From: a virus
Direction: 5' to 3' (one strand)
DNA length: 64,000 bases
IMG/VR virus record: IMGVR_UViG_3300043015_000560
Span: 16,086-80,085 of that record
The notes beneath the pieces are model-generated. The model was not told where the DNA came from. It made no database searches and was given only the letters and a program-made list of their open reading frames with translations. Shown one piece after another: positions 33,321-43,000 of the stretch (position 1 is its first letter; every line of letters begins with the position of its first letter). Made by a program: the position numbers and the translations under genes.

Positions 33321-34049
33321 ATGTCTAAGCGAGAAGGCGACGGTTTTGTAATTGTCGCAACTAAAATGCCAGGCTACTTTAGAGCCGCAATCAAACTAGC
33401 AGAGTCTATTATAGACTTTTGGCCCGAAGCTAAAATTACTTTCTACACAGAAGAAAAATGGGTAGACACCGCACACCCAGAGTGCGAACTAAAACCTGGA
33501 CAATATCAATTATTTGATAATGTAATTACATGGGAAGTCCCTAGTCATATTAGAGCTAAACTCTGGGCACTAGAACATACTCCATACGAAAGAACTTGTT
33601 ATTTAGATTGTGATATGGAATGTTGGCATGAAGATATCCAAGATGTTTTTGATCTACTCGGCGATAAAGATTTAGTCTTTACAAAGATAAGACCTTACAA
33701 TGCCAAACTAACAAAACTTTCAAACACAGAAGAAATGACTATGCACTGTGGTTGGTTTGTTTACAACGACAAACCTGATACACTGGCTCTAATGAGTGCG
33801 TGGTATGGTGAATACTTACACCAACAAACAAAAGAATATGATATCGCACATTATCCTATAGACGCAATTAAATGGGATACTTTTACAATGTGGCGACTAT
33901 TAACTTACAGCGATCATAAAGTAAATTGGGGATTTATTAATGAGCCTGACGCAAGGTGGAACTTTGTAAACGGATACAAGGATGAAGAACTTCAAGGGAC
34001 TGACATCGTTTTATACCACTACACAATTCCTAATTGGCAGCTTAAGTAA
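33321..34049 (+). CDS. Glycosyltransferase, GT-A fold (GT8-like)
   Basis: RAKLWAL..TPYERTCYLDCD (DxD), WDTFTMWRLL, ARWNF, VLYHYT. Confidence 0.8.
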   Translation: MSKREGDGFVIVATKMPGYFRAAIKLAESIIDFWPEAKITFYTEEKWVDTAHPECELKPGQYQLFDNVITWEVPSHIRAKLWALEHTPYERTCYLDCDMECWHEDIQDVFDLLGDKDLVFTKIRPYNAKLTKLSNTEEMTMHCGWFVYNDKPDTLALMSAWYGEYLHQQTKEYDIAHYPIDAIKWDTFTMWRLLTYSDHKVNWGFINEPDARWNFVNGYKDEELQGTDIVLYHYTIPNWQLK

Positions 34050-34672
34050 TGAGTGAAGTCGAGCAGTGGAAACTTTACAATGAGTGGACATACGACAACT
34101 TCTTTTCAGAAATTAAAGAGACAGATTCAGTTTTAGAATTGGGACCTTTAATCGGATTCCACACAGAACTTATCCAAAGAAGAAAACCAAAAATTCTTAA
34201 GGTTGTAGAACCTAACACAGGTGACGCACTAGAGGCTTTAAAGGTTAAGACATCATTAAGTGATAATCAAATATACAATGGCACTGCAAATGATTATTAC
34301 AAAGAACATAATGAGACATTTGATACGGTAGTTTGTTGCGGACTACTTTATCACTTGCTAGCACCAGAACACTTGTTAGAGCAGATAGTAAACCGATCTA
34401 AACCTAAAAGAATTATTATATCTAATTTAGAAGCAAAAGATTCTATTGTCAAGTATAATACTAGGGAAGATGGTAGAGAGGCGTTTGCTAGATCTGATGA
34501 TAAAGGAATAACTAAACCTATTAGATATGGAGTTTCTTTATCTGCAGATACAACACGAGGTATGTTAGAAAGTGTTGGTTATAAATGTTTGAGAAACTTA
34601 AATACAGTAGGTATCTGGGATAAGTATATATATTATTGGCAACTATATGAGGTAGACAATGAAATGGGTTAA
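34049..34672 (+). CDS. Class I SAM-dependent methyltransferase
   Basis: SVLELGPLIGFHT motif I; FDTVVCCGLLYHLLAP motif. Confidence 0.85.
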   Translation: MSEVEQWKLYNEWTYDNFFSEIKETDSVLELGPLIGFHTELIQRRKPKILKVVEPNTGDALEALKVKTSLSDNQIYNGTANDYYKEHNETFDTVVCCGLLYHLLAPEHLLEQIVNRSKPKRIIISNLEAKDSIVKYNTREDGREAFARSDDKGITKPIRYGVSLSADTTRGMLESVGYKCLRNLNTVGIWDKYIYYWQLYEVDNEMG

Positions 34673-35309
34673 CATAAGCGACGAGCTATTAGATATTCTT
34701 CAACCGTACACCGACTGGTTTTTTAGTCAAGACTTAACTGAACTTGAAAAACATATTGACGGGAAAAGAGCAGGCGACGAAACTATAGATACTGCCTGTG
34801 AAAAAGAATACTTAGATATGATTGTTGCAAAGGATGGCGCCCATGTTGGATACCCAGAACATACAAAATCTATAGATATATTAATGGACGAAAGAACTCC
34901 TCGTGAACACAGAGAAAAGTGTCAAGAGTTAAATAGAGAATTGTGTGCTTACTTAGGTGCTAGAAATCAAGCAGTTCAAGTTTACTATCCTAAAGACGGA
35001 TTTATGGCCTGGCACAATAACTGGAATGCATCTGGCTATAATATTCTTTTATCTTATAGTCCAACGGGTAATGGATTCTTTAAGTATTTAGATCCTAAAA
35101 CTAAAGAACTTGTTACAATGAAAGATAAAGCAGGTTGGGCTTGTAAAGTAGGATACTACGGAAGGGGTAGAGAACCTGACAAAGTTTATTACCATTGTGC
35201 AGGTTCATATGAAGATCGCCTTACTTTAGGGTTTGTTATTCCACATTTAGAATTGTGGCGTAACATGATTGAAGATATCTCAGGAGAAGATGCTACTTCT
35301 TACCAATAG
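34659..35309 (+). CDS. 2OG-Fe(II) oxygenase-like / cupin protein
   Basis: YYPKDGFMAWHNN...YYHCA...RLTLGF: Hx(D/N)...H...R double-stranded beta-helix pattern. Confidence 0.65.
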   Translation: MKWVNISDELLDILQPYTDWFFSQDLTELEKHIDGKRAGDETIDTACEKEYLDMIVAKDGAHVGYPEHTKSIDILMDERTPREHREKCQELNRELCAYLGARNQAVQVYYPKDGFMAWHNNWNASGYNILLSYSPTGNGFFKYLDPKTKELVTMKDKAGWACKVGYYGRGREPDKVYYHCAGSYEDRLTLGFVIPHLELWRNMIEDISGEDATSYQ

Positions 35310-35970
35310 CCATAAATCTATCGTAAAACTTTTTACCGTCCCACGAATAATAATATTGAATTGTCTTGCCACTATAATAAGTGTCCTTTAATCCTATATT
35401 TTCTATTAGCGCAAGTTCGCTATCAACACAATTAATGCCGTACATTTCTTCCATTACGTTAGAAGACTGACAAGCAAATATTGCATGCTTGTTAGCAGTA
35501 TAAAGATCTTGTAACGGATACATCTGTTCGCACCCTAAAGATATAACAACATCTACATTCATCTGATTAAGTTCGTCAAACGCAAAAGGAACATCTAAGT
35601 TCCAGTGATTAATCTTAATGAACTCTTCTTTAATATAATGCCCATTAAAAACTTTAGATAACTCTAAAGCCTCAGGATCAATATCGACCAAGTGTAGTTG
35701 CCCTACAGATAAGTTTTCACAAAGCAGAGGCACTAAAGGAATACCTAACCAAGAATTTAGAACAAGAATATTCAATCCTTCTTCTTTCATATAGTGTTCT
35801 TCTAGAACTTTCTTTAGTTCTTCCACCATCCAAATACCTGCTTCCATAGTATTCGGATTGAGAGCCTGTCTAAAGTCCTCATGTTTATGCTTCATTTCAT
35901 GTTCGACTTTAGCTAGTCCATCGCCCCAGTGTTGGAGACTGTTTAAAAAATTATAGTTCAAATTTGACAT
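35293..35970 (-). CDS. Methyltransferase-like protein (divergent motif I)
   Basis: ILVLNSWLG...VDID...VISLGCEQM...CQSSN...INCV...RFMAIG; start refined to ATG 35970. Confidence 0.6.
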   Translation of the reverse strand: MSNLNYNFLNSLQHWGDGLAKVEHEMKHKHEDFRQALNPNTMEAGIWMVEELKKVLEEHYMKEEGLNILVLNSWLGIPLVPLLCENLSVGQLHLVDIDPEALELSKVFNGHYIKEEFIKINHWNLDVPFAFDELNQMNVDVVISLGCEQMYPLQDLYTANKHAIFACQSSNVMEEMYGINCVDSELALIENIGLKDTYYSGKTIQYYYSWDGKKFYDRFMAIGKK

Positions 35971-36640
35971 CTTCTTTCCTTCCCATTGAATCAAATAAAC
36001 AAACGTAAGGCATTTGTCTATAGACTTGTTTTTCTGTATCATGGGGCCAAATATAACCTTGGTTATAACTGTACGCCCACCCAATTGGAAAATATTTAAT
36101 CCTAGCAACACCGCGGTGTCCGAAGAAATTATCTATTCCCCTGTAATACCAAAGTATCTGTTTTAGATGCTTGTTAAGATATAAAGTAATATCTTCGGTA
36201 TTTAAATTATCATTCCATCTTAAAACTGACGAGTTCAAGTCAGTATACTTATGTGGAATGTGTCTTGTATCTTTATATTGAGTTTCCATATCATGCCAGT
36301 GTGTCTTAATGAAACACAAACAATCCTCAGGATCAAACTCAACCCATTCGTCTAAGTTTCTTTGAATGATAACATCTAAGTCGAAAAACATTTTCTCGCC
36401 CTTTTGACGAACTACATTATCATCAAACAAGTACATTTTATTCCACCACTTTTCTAAGTTATTATTTTTAGGTAGTGGAATAACATTTATATCTTCAGAC
36501 AATCCTCTAGGGTCTTCTGTTAAACAAAAGAACTTAAACTCTGAGCTAATGTTCTTAACACAGGATTCGTAAATTGCTTGAACGTGCTTGTGGGAATACT
36601 TGTTTCCCCACTTCACGGTATAAATGTTTATCATTGCCAA
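35951..36640 (-). CDS. Glycosyltransferase (KWGxKY / DLD family)
   Basis: VKWGNKYS..HV...FFCLTED...WWNKMYLF...FFDLDVII...NSSVLRW. Confidence 0.8.
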   Translation of the reverse strand: MAMINIYTVKWGNKYSHKHVQAIYESCVKNISSEFKFFCLTEDPRGLSEDINVIPLPKNNNLEKWWNKMYLFDDNVVRQKGEKMFFDLDVIIQRNLDEWVEFDPEDCLCFIKTHWHDMETQYKDTRHIPHKYTDLNSSVLRWNDNLNTEDITLYLNKHLKQILWYYRGIDNFFGHRGVARIKYFPIGWAYSYNQGYIWPHDTEKQVYRQMPYVCLFDSMGRKEDVKFEL

Positions 36641-37443
36641 TGCTTTAATAGTTTAGGATCTACCAACTCATCTTGTTTGGTGTGTCCTCTACTCTTATCC
36701 TCAAATGGTAGTAAGTCTACATTAAACACGCAAACAATACAACCTTCTCTATAAACTCCGACATCCATATCACCACTGTCCCAATCTCTACCTCTGTTAT
36801 ACGAATAGGCGTATTCAGATGGGAAGTAGTCCCACAGGTTTTCACCATAGATGCCCCATTTCCAACTGTGATAGTTATCTGTTCCGTCGGTATAAGTGAA
36901 CCATATCTTTTCTTGATTCTCTAATACATCGTTCCAAATAATCTCACATTGATCATCGCTCCAAACTTGACAGGACCCGTTTGTGTATGCGCCGTGTGAA
37001 AGTTTGAATCTTCGTGTTTTCATTGGGCGGGGATCTTGCCACCATGAACGCATCTTTGTAGGACGCTCCATGTTGTAAGTAATGATAGGTTCTAAATCAC
37101 GTTGAATGATGACATCCAAGTCAAAGAAAATAAAGCGGCCAGTAGGTTTATCGTCTGCAAAATTATGAGTATTGAATACAAACGTCTTGGGTCTATCCCA
37201 ACATCTTGCCATGCCGTACTTGAAGTTGTCGCCACCAAACCAATACTTAGGATGGATATTGGGAATATCAGGAAAATCAATAACTTTAATATCATCTAAA
37301 AGTCCTTCTGCATCGTCGGTATAACAATAAAAATGAAAGTCGTGTTTTTTGTCGACATGCCGTTTCGTCATGTTATACAAACGATTAACAAAATGAGGCC
37401 CATACTTTGAGCCCCATTTAGAGCAGACTATATTTACCCTCAT
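36631..37443 (-). CDS. Glycosyltransferase (KWGxKY / DLD family)
   Basis: CSKWGSKYGPHFVNRL...YCYTDD...HPKYWFG...CWDR...FFDLDVII...YSYNRG. Confidence 0.8.
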   Translation of the reverse strand: MRVNIVCSKWGSKYGPHFVNRLYNMTKRHVDKKHDFHFYCYTDDAEGLLDDIKVIDFPDIPNIHPKYWFGGDNFKYGMARCWDRPKTFVFNTHNFADDKPTGRFIFFDLDVIIQRDLEPIITYNMERPTKMRSWWQDPRPMKTRRFKLSHGAYTNGSCQVWSDDQCEIIWNDVLENQEKIWFTYTDGTDNYHSWKWGIYGENLWDYFPSEYAYSYNRGRDWDSGDMDVGVYREGCIVCVFNVDLLPFEDKSRGHTKQDELVDPKLLKHWQ

Positions 37444-37691
37444 AGTTCTTCCACGACGTGTTGAATGACAAAATCTCTACCATACATCAAGCTATAGTTA
37501 ACTAGCTCAGAAACAATATCCTTTGTCTTTTCCTCAAATTGATTTTTATTACAATGAACGACAATAGAAACAAACTTGCCGTTTCTAACAGAGTCGATTA
37601 CATCGTCCGTATCTTTTTTATCCCAAGTATCAAAGGATCCAAAATACGCATCCGCTTTCCTTGTTGATTTATACATTTTTGCACGCTCCAC
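37440..37691 (-). CDS. Hypothetical protein
   Basis: Coupled ORF within the minus-strand operon (likely start MYKS at 37676). Confidence 0.55.
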   Translation of the reverse strand: MERAKMYKSTRKADAYFGSFDTWDKKDTDDVIDSVRNGKFVSIVVHCNKNQFEEKTKDIVSELVNYSLMYGRDFVIQHVVEEL

Positions 37692-39174
37692 ATTTTAGTT
37701 TACAAATGTTGCTAGGGTCTAGTTTTAATTTATTATTGAAGTATGCTGTGTAAAAAGCATTCGTCAAAATAGACTCTAGCGGTTCTAACTTACAATTGTT
37801 GGCCTTCCAATTATATATGATGTCTGTATCTTCATAAGGATTAATGTCTGCTTCTAGTATTTCTCTAGCAGTGTAAACACACGGGAAAACATTTCCTCGC
37901 TTGTCTATGTAACATTTATTCTCAATTTTAGATTTACATCTAACCTTCTTCTCAAATTTAACTTTTACATCTACATAGTCTGCCTCTTTAGGTTTTGTTT
38001 GTAGAGTATCAAGTTCTATTAACTTATAGTCTGGAAGTTCTTTAACAATTATTCTTTCTTCTTTAACTGGTAGTTCAGGTGGCTTGTTTTCAATAAAAGT
38101 AAAGCCACTGAATTTATGTTTTTTGGATAACGCTCTTGCCTCTTCAATGTCATTATCAGATTGTGTGGTTCTAGTGTATTGCCAAAAAACACGAGCTCCA
38201 CTCTTTAACAAGGCCTTTGCATTTGTAATTTGTTTATCAAAGTCTTTGTTATTAATGTCATCAATTGTAGCAGTGATGTTACCCATTTTTCTATATAGTA
38301 TCCCGGTGCTACCCCACCAAAATTCATCATGTGATGTTAAGTCTGTTAATACATCTACACTCACACCTTCAAACTCTAGAAAGTATTCAGAGATGTCGTA
38401 AAAGTCCTCACATAAACTTGGCTCTTCTACGTCATTGGATAAAATTAACTTGGTCATTCTAGACTTTCCTAGAAAGTCCTTATTAAAGATCCTAACAACC
38501 TCATCATAGCTAAATCCATTTACTTCCATTTCTATTTCAGAAGGCAAGTAAGGATACAAATCTATAGACCTATTATAACAGTTTTCTACGTAGCTGTCAA
38601 GAGTATGAGTGTACCAATAAGGAAAGGTAACGATATCATCTGTAAGACTAATTGGATAGTCTTTGTTTTGTGTATTTAAAAACGGAAGTGATGGTAGTTC
38701 GTTAACTTGAAACTCTTGTTTGAATTCGTAGTTATAAAATGTTATGTCTTGTTCGTCTCTATCCCATTTTTGTATCAGATTCTGTACATATTTGTTCTTA
38801 TGTATATAATATGTAACATTTTCGTCTTGCATTAAAACTTTATCAATACCACTGCCTTTGTACGATAAAAGGGCCATAGGATCATTTAATAAGACGTTTG
38901 GAGTAGTAAAAAGACTAACTCCATTATCCTTGGTATGTTGTATTAAGTCTATTTCTAACCACTGCTTTCCATACTTTGGAACATGGAATTGAATGCCGTC
39001 TACAAAGCCGTCTCGCTTTTTAGTGCTATTGATATTGTCGAGTTCTTCCTGTGTAGTGAAAACAAAGAAGTCAAAAGGCTGCTCAATCAGGTTCTTTGCC
39101 TGAGTATAGAAATTGTTTATATGGATTTGACTGTACTTACTATCCAGTAAGTTTGCTATTAAAGTTAGCTCCAT
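37669..39174 (-). CDS. Degenerate GT + degenerate radical SAM + SPASM/twitch fusion (pseudo-enzyme)
   Basis: N-terminus echoes the GT paralogues; centre echoes a radical SAM barrel without CxxxCxxC; C-terminal C...YIDKRGNVFPC...C..KC. Confidence 0.6.
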   Translation of the reverse strand: MELTLIANLLDSKYSQIHINNFYTQAKNLIEQPFDFFVFTTQEELDNINSTKKRDGFVDGIQFHVPKYGKQWLEIDLIQHTKDNGVSLFTTPNVLLNDPMALLSYKGSGIDKVLMQDENVTYYIHKNKYVQNLIQKWDRDEQDITFYNYEFKQEFQVNELPSLPFLNTQNKDYPISLTDDIVTFPYWYTHTLDSYVENCYNRSIDLYPYLPSEIEMEVNGFSYDEVVRIFNKDFLGKSRMTKLILSNDVEEPSLCEDFYDISEYFLEFEGVSVDVLTDLTSHDEFWWGSTGILYRKMGNITATIDDINNKDFDKQITNAKALLKSGARVFWQYTRTTQSDNDIEEARALSKKHKFSGFTFIENKPPELPVKEERIIVKELPDYKLIELDTLQTKPKEADYVDVKVKFEKKVRCKSKIENKCYIDKRGNVFPCVYTAREILEADINPYEDTDIIYNWKANNCKLEPLESILTNAFYTAYFNNKLKLDPSNICKLKCGACKNV

Positions 39175-39922
39175 GCCAATGCCTCAAAAGTTTCTCATCT
39201 TGTAATTCACTCATTTTAATCTGCGCCTTAGCTGCAGGGTCTGGAGTTAAGTCTGTATTAAACAAACAAACTTTATACTCCTCTCTATATTTATACTTCT
39301 CTTTATCCTCTTTATGATGAGCTCCTCTATTATAAGAGTAAACCCAATCCCAAGGAATGTTGCCCCAGAACTTTTTTTGTCTCCAGTAATGGTAGTTATC
39401 TGATCCTTTAAAGAATGTTTTAAATACTACATCTTGGTGTTCTAGAACATCGTAGTAAATTTTCTCACATTGACTCCCATTCCAACACATCATACTAGAA
39501 TTAAAATAAGTTCCTCTAATATCAATAAAGAATCTCTCATGTTGTTGTCCGGGTGGTTGCCATTTAGATTCGATTATTCTAGGTTTGTTTGCTAGATTGT
39601 ATAGATCGTTTATATTGTTTTGAACAATAACATCTAAATCAAAGTAACACCATTTACCCTCATAGCCTAGCCACTTATGAGAGTTGAATACAAGGAACTT
39701 AGCACGATCCCAACAAAAGTTTTCCTTTCCAAACCAATAGTCTGGATGCAGTGGCTCAATATTGGGGATAGGCGCGGTGGCGCAATCGAGTCCTTCTGCG
39801 TCATCTGTAAAACAGGTAAAGGTGCAGGGTCGAGTATAGTGTCTCTCAACCATTGCCTTTAAATTGTTTACATATTCAGGAGAATATTTACTTCCCCATT
39901 TGATACATACGAAGTTCATCAT
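39140..39922 (-). CDS. Glycosyltransferase (KWGxKY / DLD family)
   Basis: CIKWGSKYSPEYVNNL..MVERH...CFTDD...HPDYWFG...CWDR...YFDLDVIV...NSSMMCW. Confidence 0.82.
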   Translation of the reverse strand: MMNFVCIKWGSKYSPEYVNNLKAMVERHYTRPCTFTCFTDDAEGLDCATAPIPNIEPLHPDYWFGKENFCWDRAKFLVFNSHKWLGYEGKWCYFDLDVIVQNNINDLYNLANKPRIIESKWQPPGQQHERFFIDIRGTYFNSSMMCWNGSQCEKIYYDVLEHQDVVFKTFFKGSDNYHYWRQKKFWGNIPWDWVYSYNRGAHHKEDKEKYKYREEYKVCLFNTDLTPDPAAKAQIKMSELQDEKLLRHWHGANFNSKLTG

Positions 39923-40538
39923 ATCTTTTTGCTATGTCCTCTTGAACTGATTCTTGTCCATTCAATAATGCTATTGTTGCGTCTTTTATTTTACCACCAT
40001 CAAACCAAAATGAATAAACCTCATTTTCGGGAAAGTGTTCAAATGTAAAACTCTCATGGTATAAAAACCTATCATCACCTGCATACTTTACCATATAGTA
40101 ATCTTTATTCTTTTCCCAGTAATCATATATATGTCTGTTATCTTCCCACATCATCACACTAGAATTAAAATTGCTTAAATAATTATATGACCACCTACTG
40201 TCTTTGTGATAAGGGAATTCTTGAGGTTTCCAGTAAGTGTAACATATGATGGGGTTCTTGTCAAGCATTTTCCACAAATGTTCTATACCTTTTTGTATTC
40301 TAATATCTAAGTCTAAATAAAGAACTTTGCCTAAGTTTTCAAGTTTGAACAGTTTAACCTTTTCCCAATGCCCTTCAATTTCATGATCTATAGGTATTGT
40401 TGTTATATTTTTATTGAGTCCAATAGGATTATCAGTTACACAGACGCGGTTGTAGTCACCTGGAATAGAATTATAAATACGATTAACGTCCTCAGACGTA
40501 TATTTGTCCCCGTATTTTAATGTCAAAATTGTTTTCAT
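39888..40538 (-). CDS. Glycosyltransferase (KxGxKY / DLD family)
   Basis: LKYGDKYT..DVNRI...CVTD...WEKVKLF...YLDLDI...FNSSVMMW...GDDRFL. Confidence 0.8.
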   Translation of the reverse strand: MKTILTLKYGDKYTSEDVNRIYNSIPGDYNRVCVTDNPIGLNKNITTIPIDHEIEGHWEKVKLFKLENLGKVLYLDLDIRIQKGIEHLWKMLDKNPIICYTYWKPQEFPYHKDSRWSYNYLSNFNSSVMMWEDNRHIYDYWEKNKDYYMVKYAGDDRFLYHESFTFEHFPENEVYSFWFDGGKIKDATIALLNGQESVQEDIAKRYDELRMYQMGK

Positions 40539-40555
40539 ATCAAGTTATATTTTCT

Positions 40556-40563
40556 TATAAATA
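40556..40563 (+). promoter_or_regulatory. T4 late promoter
   Basis: TATAAATA. Confidence 0.85.
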
Positions 40564-40589
40564 AACGAGTATAAAAGGATAACCCGTAA

Positions 40590-40916
40590 ATGGCAACTGT
40601 TTCAAATTTAGTAATAGATCAAGGTACAACTTTTTCTCTTACTATGCAATTAGATAACGAAGACGGTTCAGATAAGGACCTGACTAGTTATACTGTGAAT
40701 TCGCAAATACGAAAATCGTATTACAGTAATACTTATACAAGTTTTACAACCGCGAAAACAAATTTGACGGGCGAATTAACCATATCTTTAACAGCAGAAC
40801 AGACTTCAAGTCTTAAAGCAGGAAGATATGTATATGATATTGAGATTTCCTCAAGTGCAGAAACATTAAGAGTGCTTGAAGGAATCGTAACAGTAACTCC
40901 AGAGGTAACCCGATAA
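40590..40916 (+). CDS. Small Ig-like virion protein (BppU N-terminal-like)
   Basis: NLVIDQGTTF...DLTSY....QIRKSY...GRYVYDIEI...RVLEG.VTVTPEVTR. Confidence 0.75.
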   Translation: MATVSNLVIDQGTTFSLTMQLDNEDGSDKDLTSYTVNSQIRKSYYSNTYTSFTTAKTNLTGELTISLTAEQTSSLKAGRYVYDIEISSSAETLRVLEGIVTVTPEVTR

Positions 40917-41149
40917 TGGCTATCAAGATAACTATACCAAGTAGTGGATCTTCAAACCGAGTAATTACTAACACCACCAAAAACTCTAAACAGGTGACCA
41001 GTGCTAAAGTAGAACAGCTCGCGAATATCGACATATCGAATGGTTTACAGGATGGTTATACACTGGTATATGATGAGCCTACGGGCAAGTGGGTAGCACA
41101 AAATATCGAAGCAGGACAATTGGAAAGCTTAGATGGTGGTACTTATTAA
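40916..41149 (+). CDS. Small fibre adaptor ending LDGGTY
   Basis: L.NID...DGYTLVYD...GKW fibre repeat; C-terminal LDGGTY. Confidence 0.7.
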   Translation: MAIKITIPSSGSSNRVITNTTKNSKQVTSAKVEQLANIDISNGLQDGYTLVYDEPTGKWVAQNIEAGQLESLDGGTY

Positions 41150-41201
41150 GAGTTTTAATTTATATTATAAAATTACAAACAAACATTCTAGGAGATAATA
41201 A

Positions 41202-42734
41202 ATGGCAACAGTAATTCAAATTAAAAGAAGTACCGCAGCTACAGCCCCTACAACATCGGATCTAAACGAAGGCGAACTGGCGTATAGCCAGGATAAAGCC
41301 AACTCAGGTGATTCCGCGATTCTTTATATTGAATCGGTTGATTCCTCAAATCAACAGGTTGTACATAAAATCGGTGGTAAATTTTACACCGATATCGTAG
41401 ACGGTGCCTCTTCTTCTAACACAGCTTCACAGCTTGTTAAGAGAGACGCAAGTGGAGATTTCTCTGCAGGAACAATTACAGCTGATCTTACAGGTAACGT
41501 AACAGGAGATTTAACCGGAGATGTCACAGGTGACGTAACAGGCGACCTTACTGGTAACGTAACGGGTAATGTCACAGGTGACGTAACAGGCGATGTAACC
41601 GGCGATATCACTGGTGCAGTAACAGGTAACGTAACAGGTGATGTAACTGGTGACCTTACAGGTAATGTAACAGGTAACGTAACAGGTGATGTAACTGGTG
41701 ACCTTACAGGTAACGCAGATACAGCAACAACAGCAGCGGCACTAACAACAGCTAGAGCAATTGCTCTTACAGGTGACGTAACAGGTACAGTAAATTTTGA
41801 CGGTTCAGGCGATGTAAGTATTGCAACTACAATGGCAGCAGACGCTATTGCACTTGGTACAGACACTACAGGTAACTATGTTGCCACAGTAGCAGACGCA
41901 GGAAGCGGCAACCTTACAGTAACTGGCTCAGGTTCTGAAACAGCAGGTGTAACACTTGATCTTTCTAACTCAGGCGTATCCGCAGGTTCATACGGTTCTA
42001 CAACAGCAGTTCCTGTTTTAACAGTAGACGCTAAAGGTAGGGTCACTGCTGCAACTACAGCAGCAATTGCAACATCATTTGATATTGCAGCGGACAGTGG
42101 AACAAATGATACAGTAGCTGGTGGCGAAACACTTACTTTTGCTGGTACAGCTAACGAAGTAACAACAACCGTATCAGACAATCAAATTCAAGTTGGACTA
42201 GCAACAAACCCAACAATTGGCGGTAACCTAACTGTATCTGGTAACTTAACAGTTTCTGGAACTACAACACAGGTTAACTCTCAGACATTGACAGTTAATG
42301 ATCCATTATTTAAAGTAGCAACTGGCAACTCTAGTGACGCTTTAGACATTGGTTTTTATGGTATCTTTAACGACGGCGCTGACAAATACTCTGGTTTATT
42401 CAGAGATGCTAATGACGGTAAATACAAAATGTTTACTGGCTCTAGCGTTGAGCCTACAACAACTGTTGACACTACAGCAAGTGGCTATTCCGTAGCAACA
42501 TTGGTTGCCAACATTGAAGGCAACGTAACAGGCGGAACTATTTCTGGACTATCAGCAGCGATTGGTGTTGCAGACGGTGGTACTGGCGCAAGCACTTTTA
42601 CTTCAAACGGTATCGTTTATGGTAACGGAACTAGCGCTCTACAAGTAACAGCAGCAGGCACAGAAGGGCAACTGTTAATGGCAGATGCTAGCGGCACGCC
42701 TGTTTGGGCAACACTAGACGGCGGTACGTTCTAG
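41202..42734 (+). CDS. Tail/head fibre protein with G(D/N)(V/L)T repeats
   Basis: IQIKRS...P...L.EGELAY N-domain; about 19 GDVT units; GGTGAST motif; C-terminal LDGGTF. Confidence 0.85.
   Translation: MATVIQIKRSTAATAPTTSDLNEGELAYSQDKANSGDSAILYIESVDSSNQQVVHKIGGKFYTDIVDGASSSNTASQLVKRDASGDFSAGTITADLTGNVTGDLTGDVTGDVTGDLTGNVTGNVTGDVTGDVTGDITGAVTGNVTGDVTGDLTGNVTGNVTGDVTGDLTGNADTATTAAALTTARAIALTGDVTGTVNFDGSGDVSIATTMAADAIALGTDTTGNYVATVADAGSGNLTVTGSGSETAGVTLDLSNSGVSAGSYGSTTAVPVLTVDAKGRVTAATTAAIATSFDIAADSGTNDTVAGGETLTFAGTANEVTTTVSDNQIQVGLATNPTIGGNLTVSGNLTVSGTTTQVNSQTLTVNDPLFKVATGNSSDALDIGFYGIFNDGADKYSGLFRDANDGKYKMFTGSSVEPTTTVDTTASGYSVATLVANIEGNVTGGTISGLSAAIGVADGGTGASTFTSNGIVYGNGTSALQVTAAGTEGQLLMADASGTPVWATLDGGTF
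41481..41715 (+). repeat. 12-bp degenerate tandem repeat encoding G(D/N)(V/L)T
   Basis: ACAGGT(G/A)ACGTA-like units. Confidence 0.9.
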
Positions 42735-42757
42735 AATAATTAATTAAAGGAAATATT

Positions 42758-43000
42758 ATGAGTGAACAAAATCCAAATAATGTAGTTGACGAATATATTG
42801 CATTACTAAGTGCAAAACTTAACGAAACAACGCAAGAAAATCTCGTTCTAAAAGCTAGAATGAATATCTTACAAAAAGAACGAGATGCTCTTACGGCTCA
42901 GTTAGAAGAGTTAAACATACAGGAGAAAGAGGAAGATGGTAGACACAGTAATCAAACTGAAGAGGTCGGAAACAGCTTCGGCGGTGCCCACGCAGGCTAA
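42758..43000 (+). CDS. Small coiled-coil protein (possible fibre chaperone)
   Basis: Heptad pattern LSAKLNETTQENLVLKARMNIL after a fibre gene. Confidence 0.65.
   Translation: MSEQNPNNVVDEYIALLSAKLNETTQENLVLKARMNILQKERDALTAQLEELNIQEKEEDGRHSNQTEEVGNSFGGAHAG

Noticed and set aside
35971-36111. N-terminal extension of ORF 35293-36111
   Set aside because: Overlaps the upstream GT; ATG at 35970 fits operon coupling
41481-41715. 12-bp tandem repeats as a non-coding repeat or origin
   Set aside because: Variation is mostly at synonymous positions inside a fibre ORF, so it is a protein-level repeat
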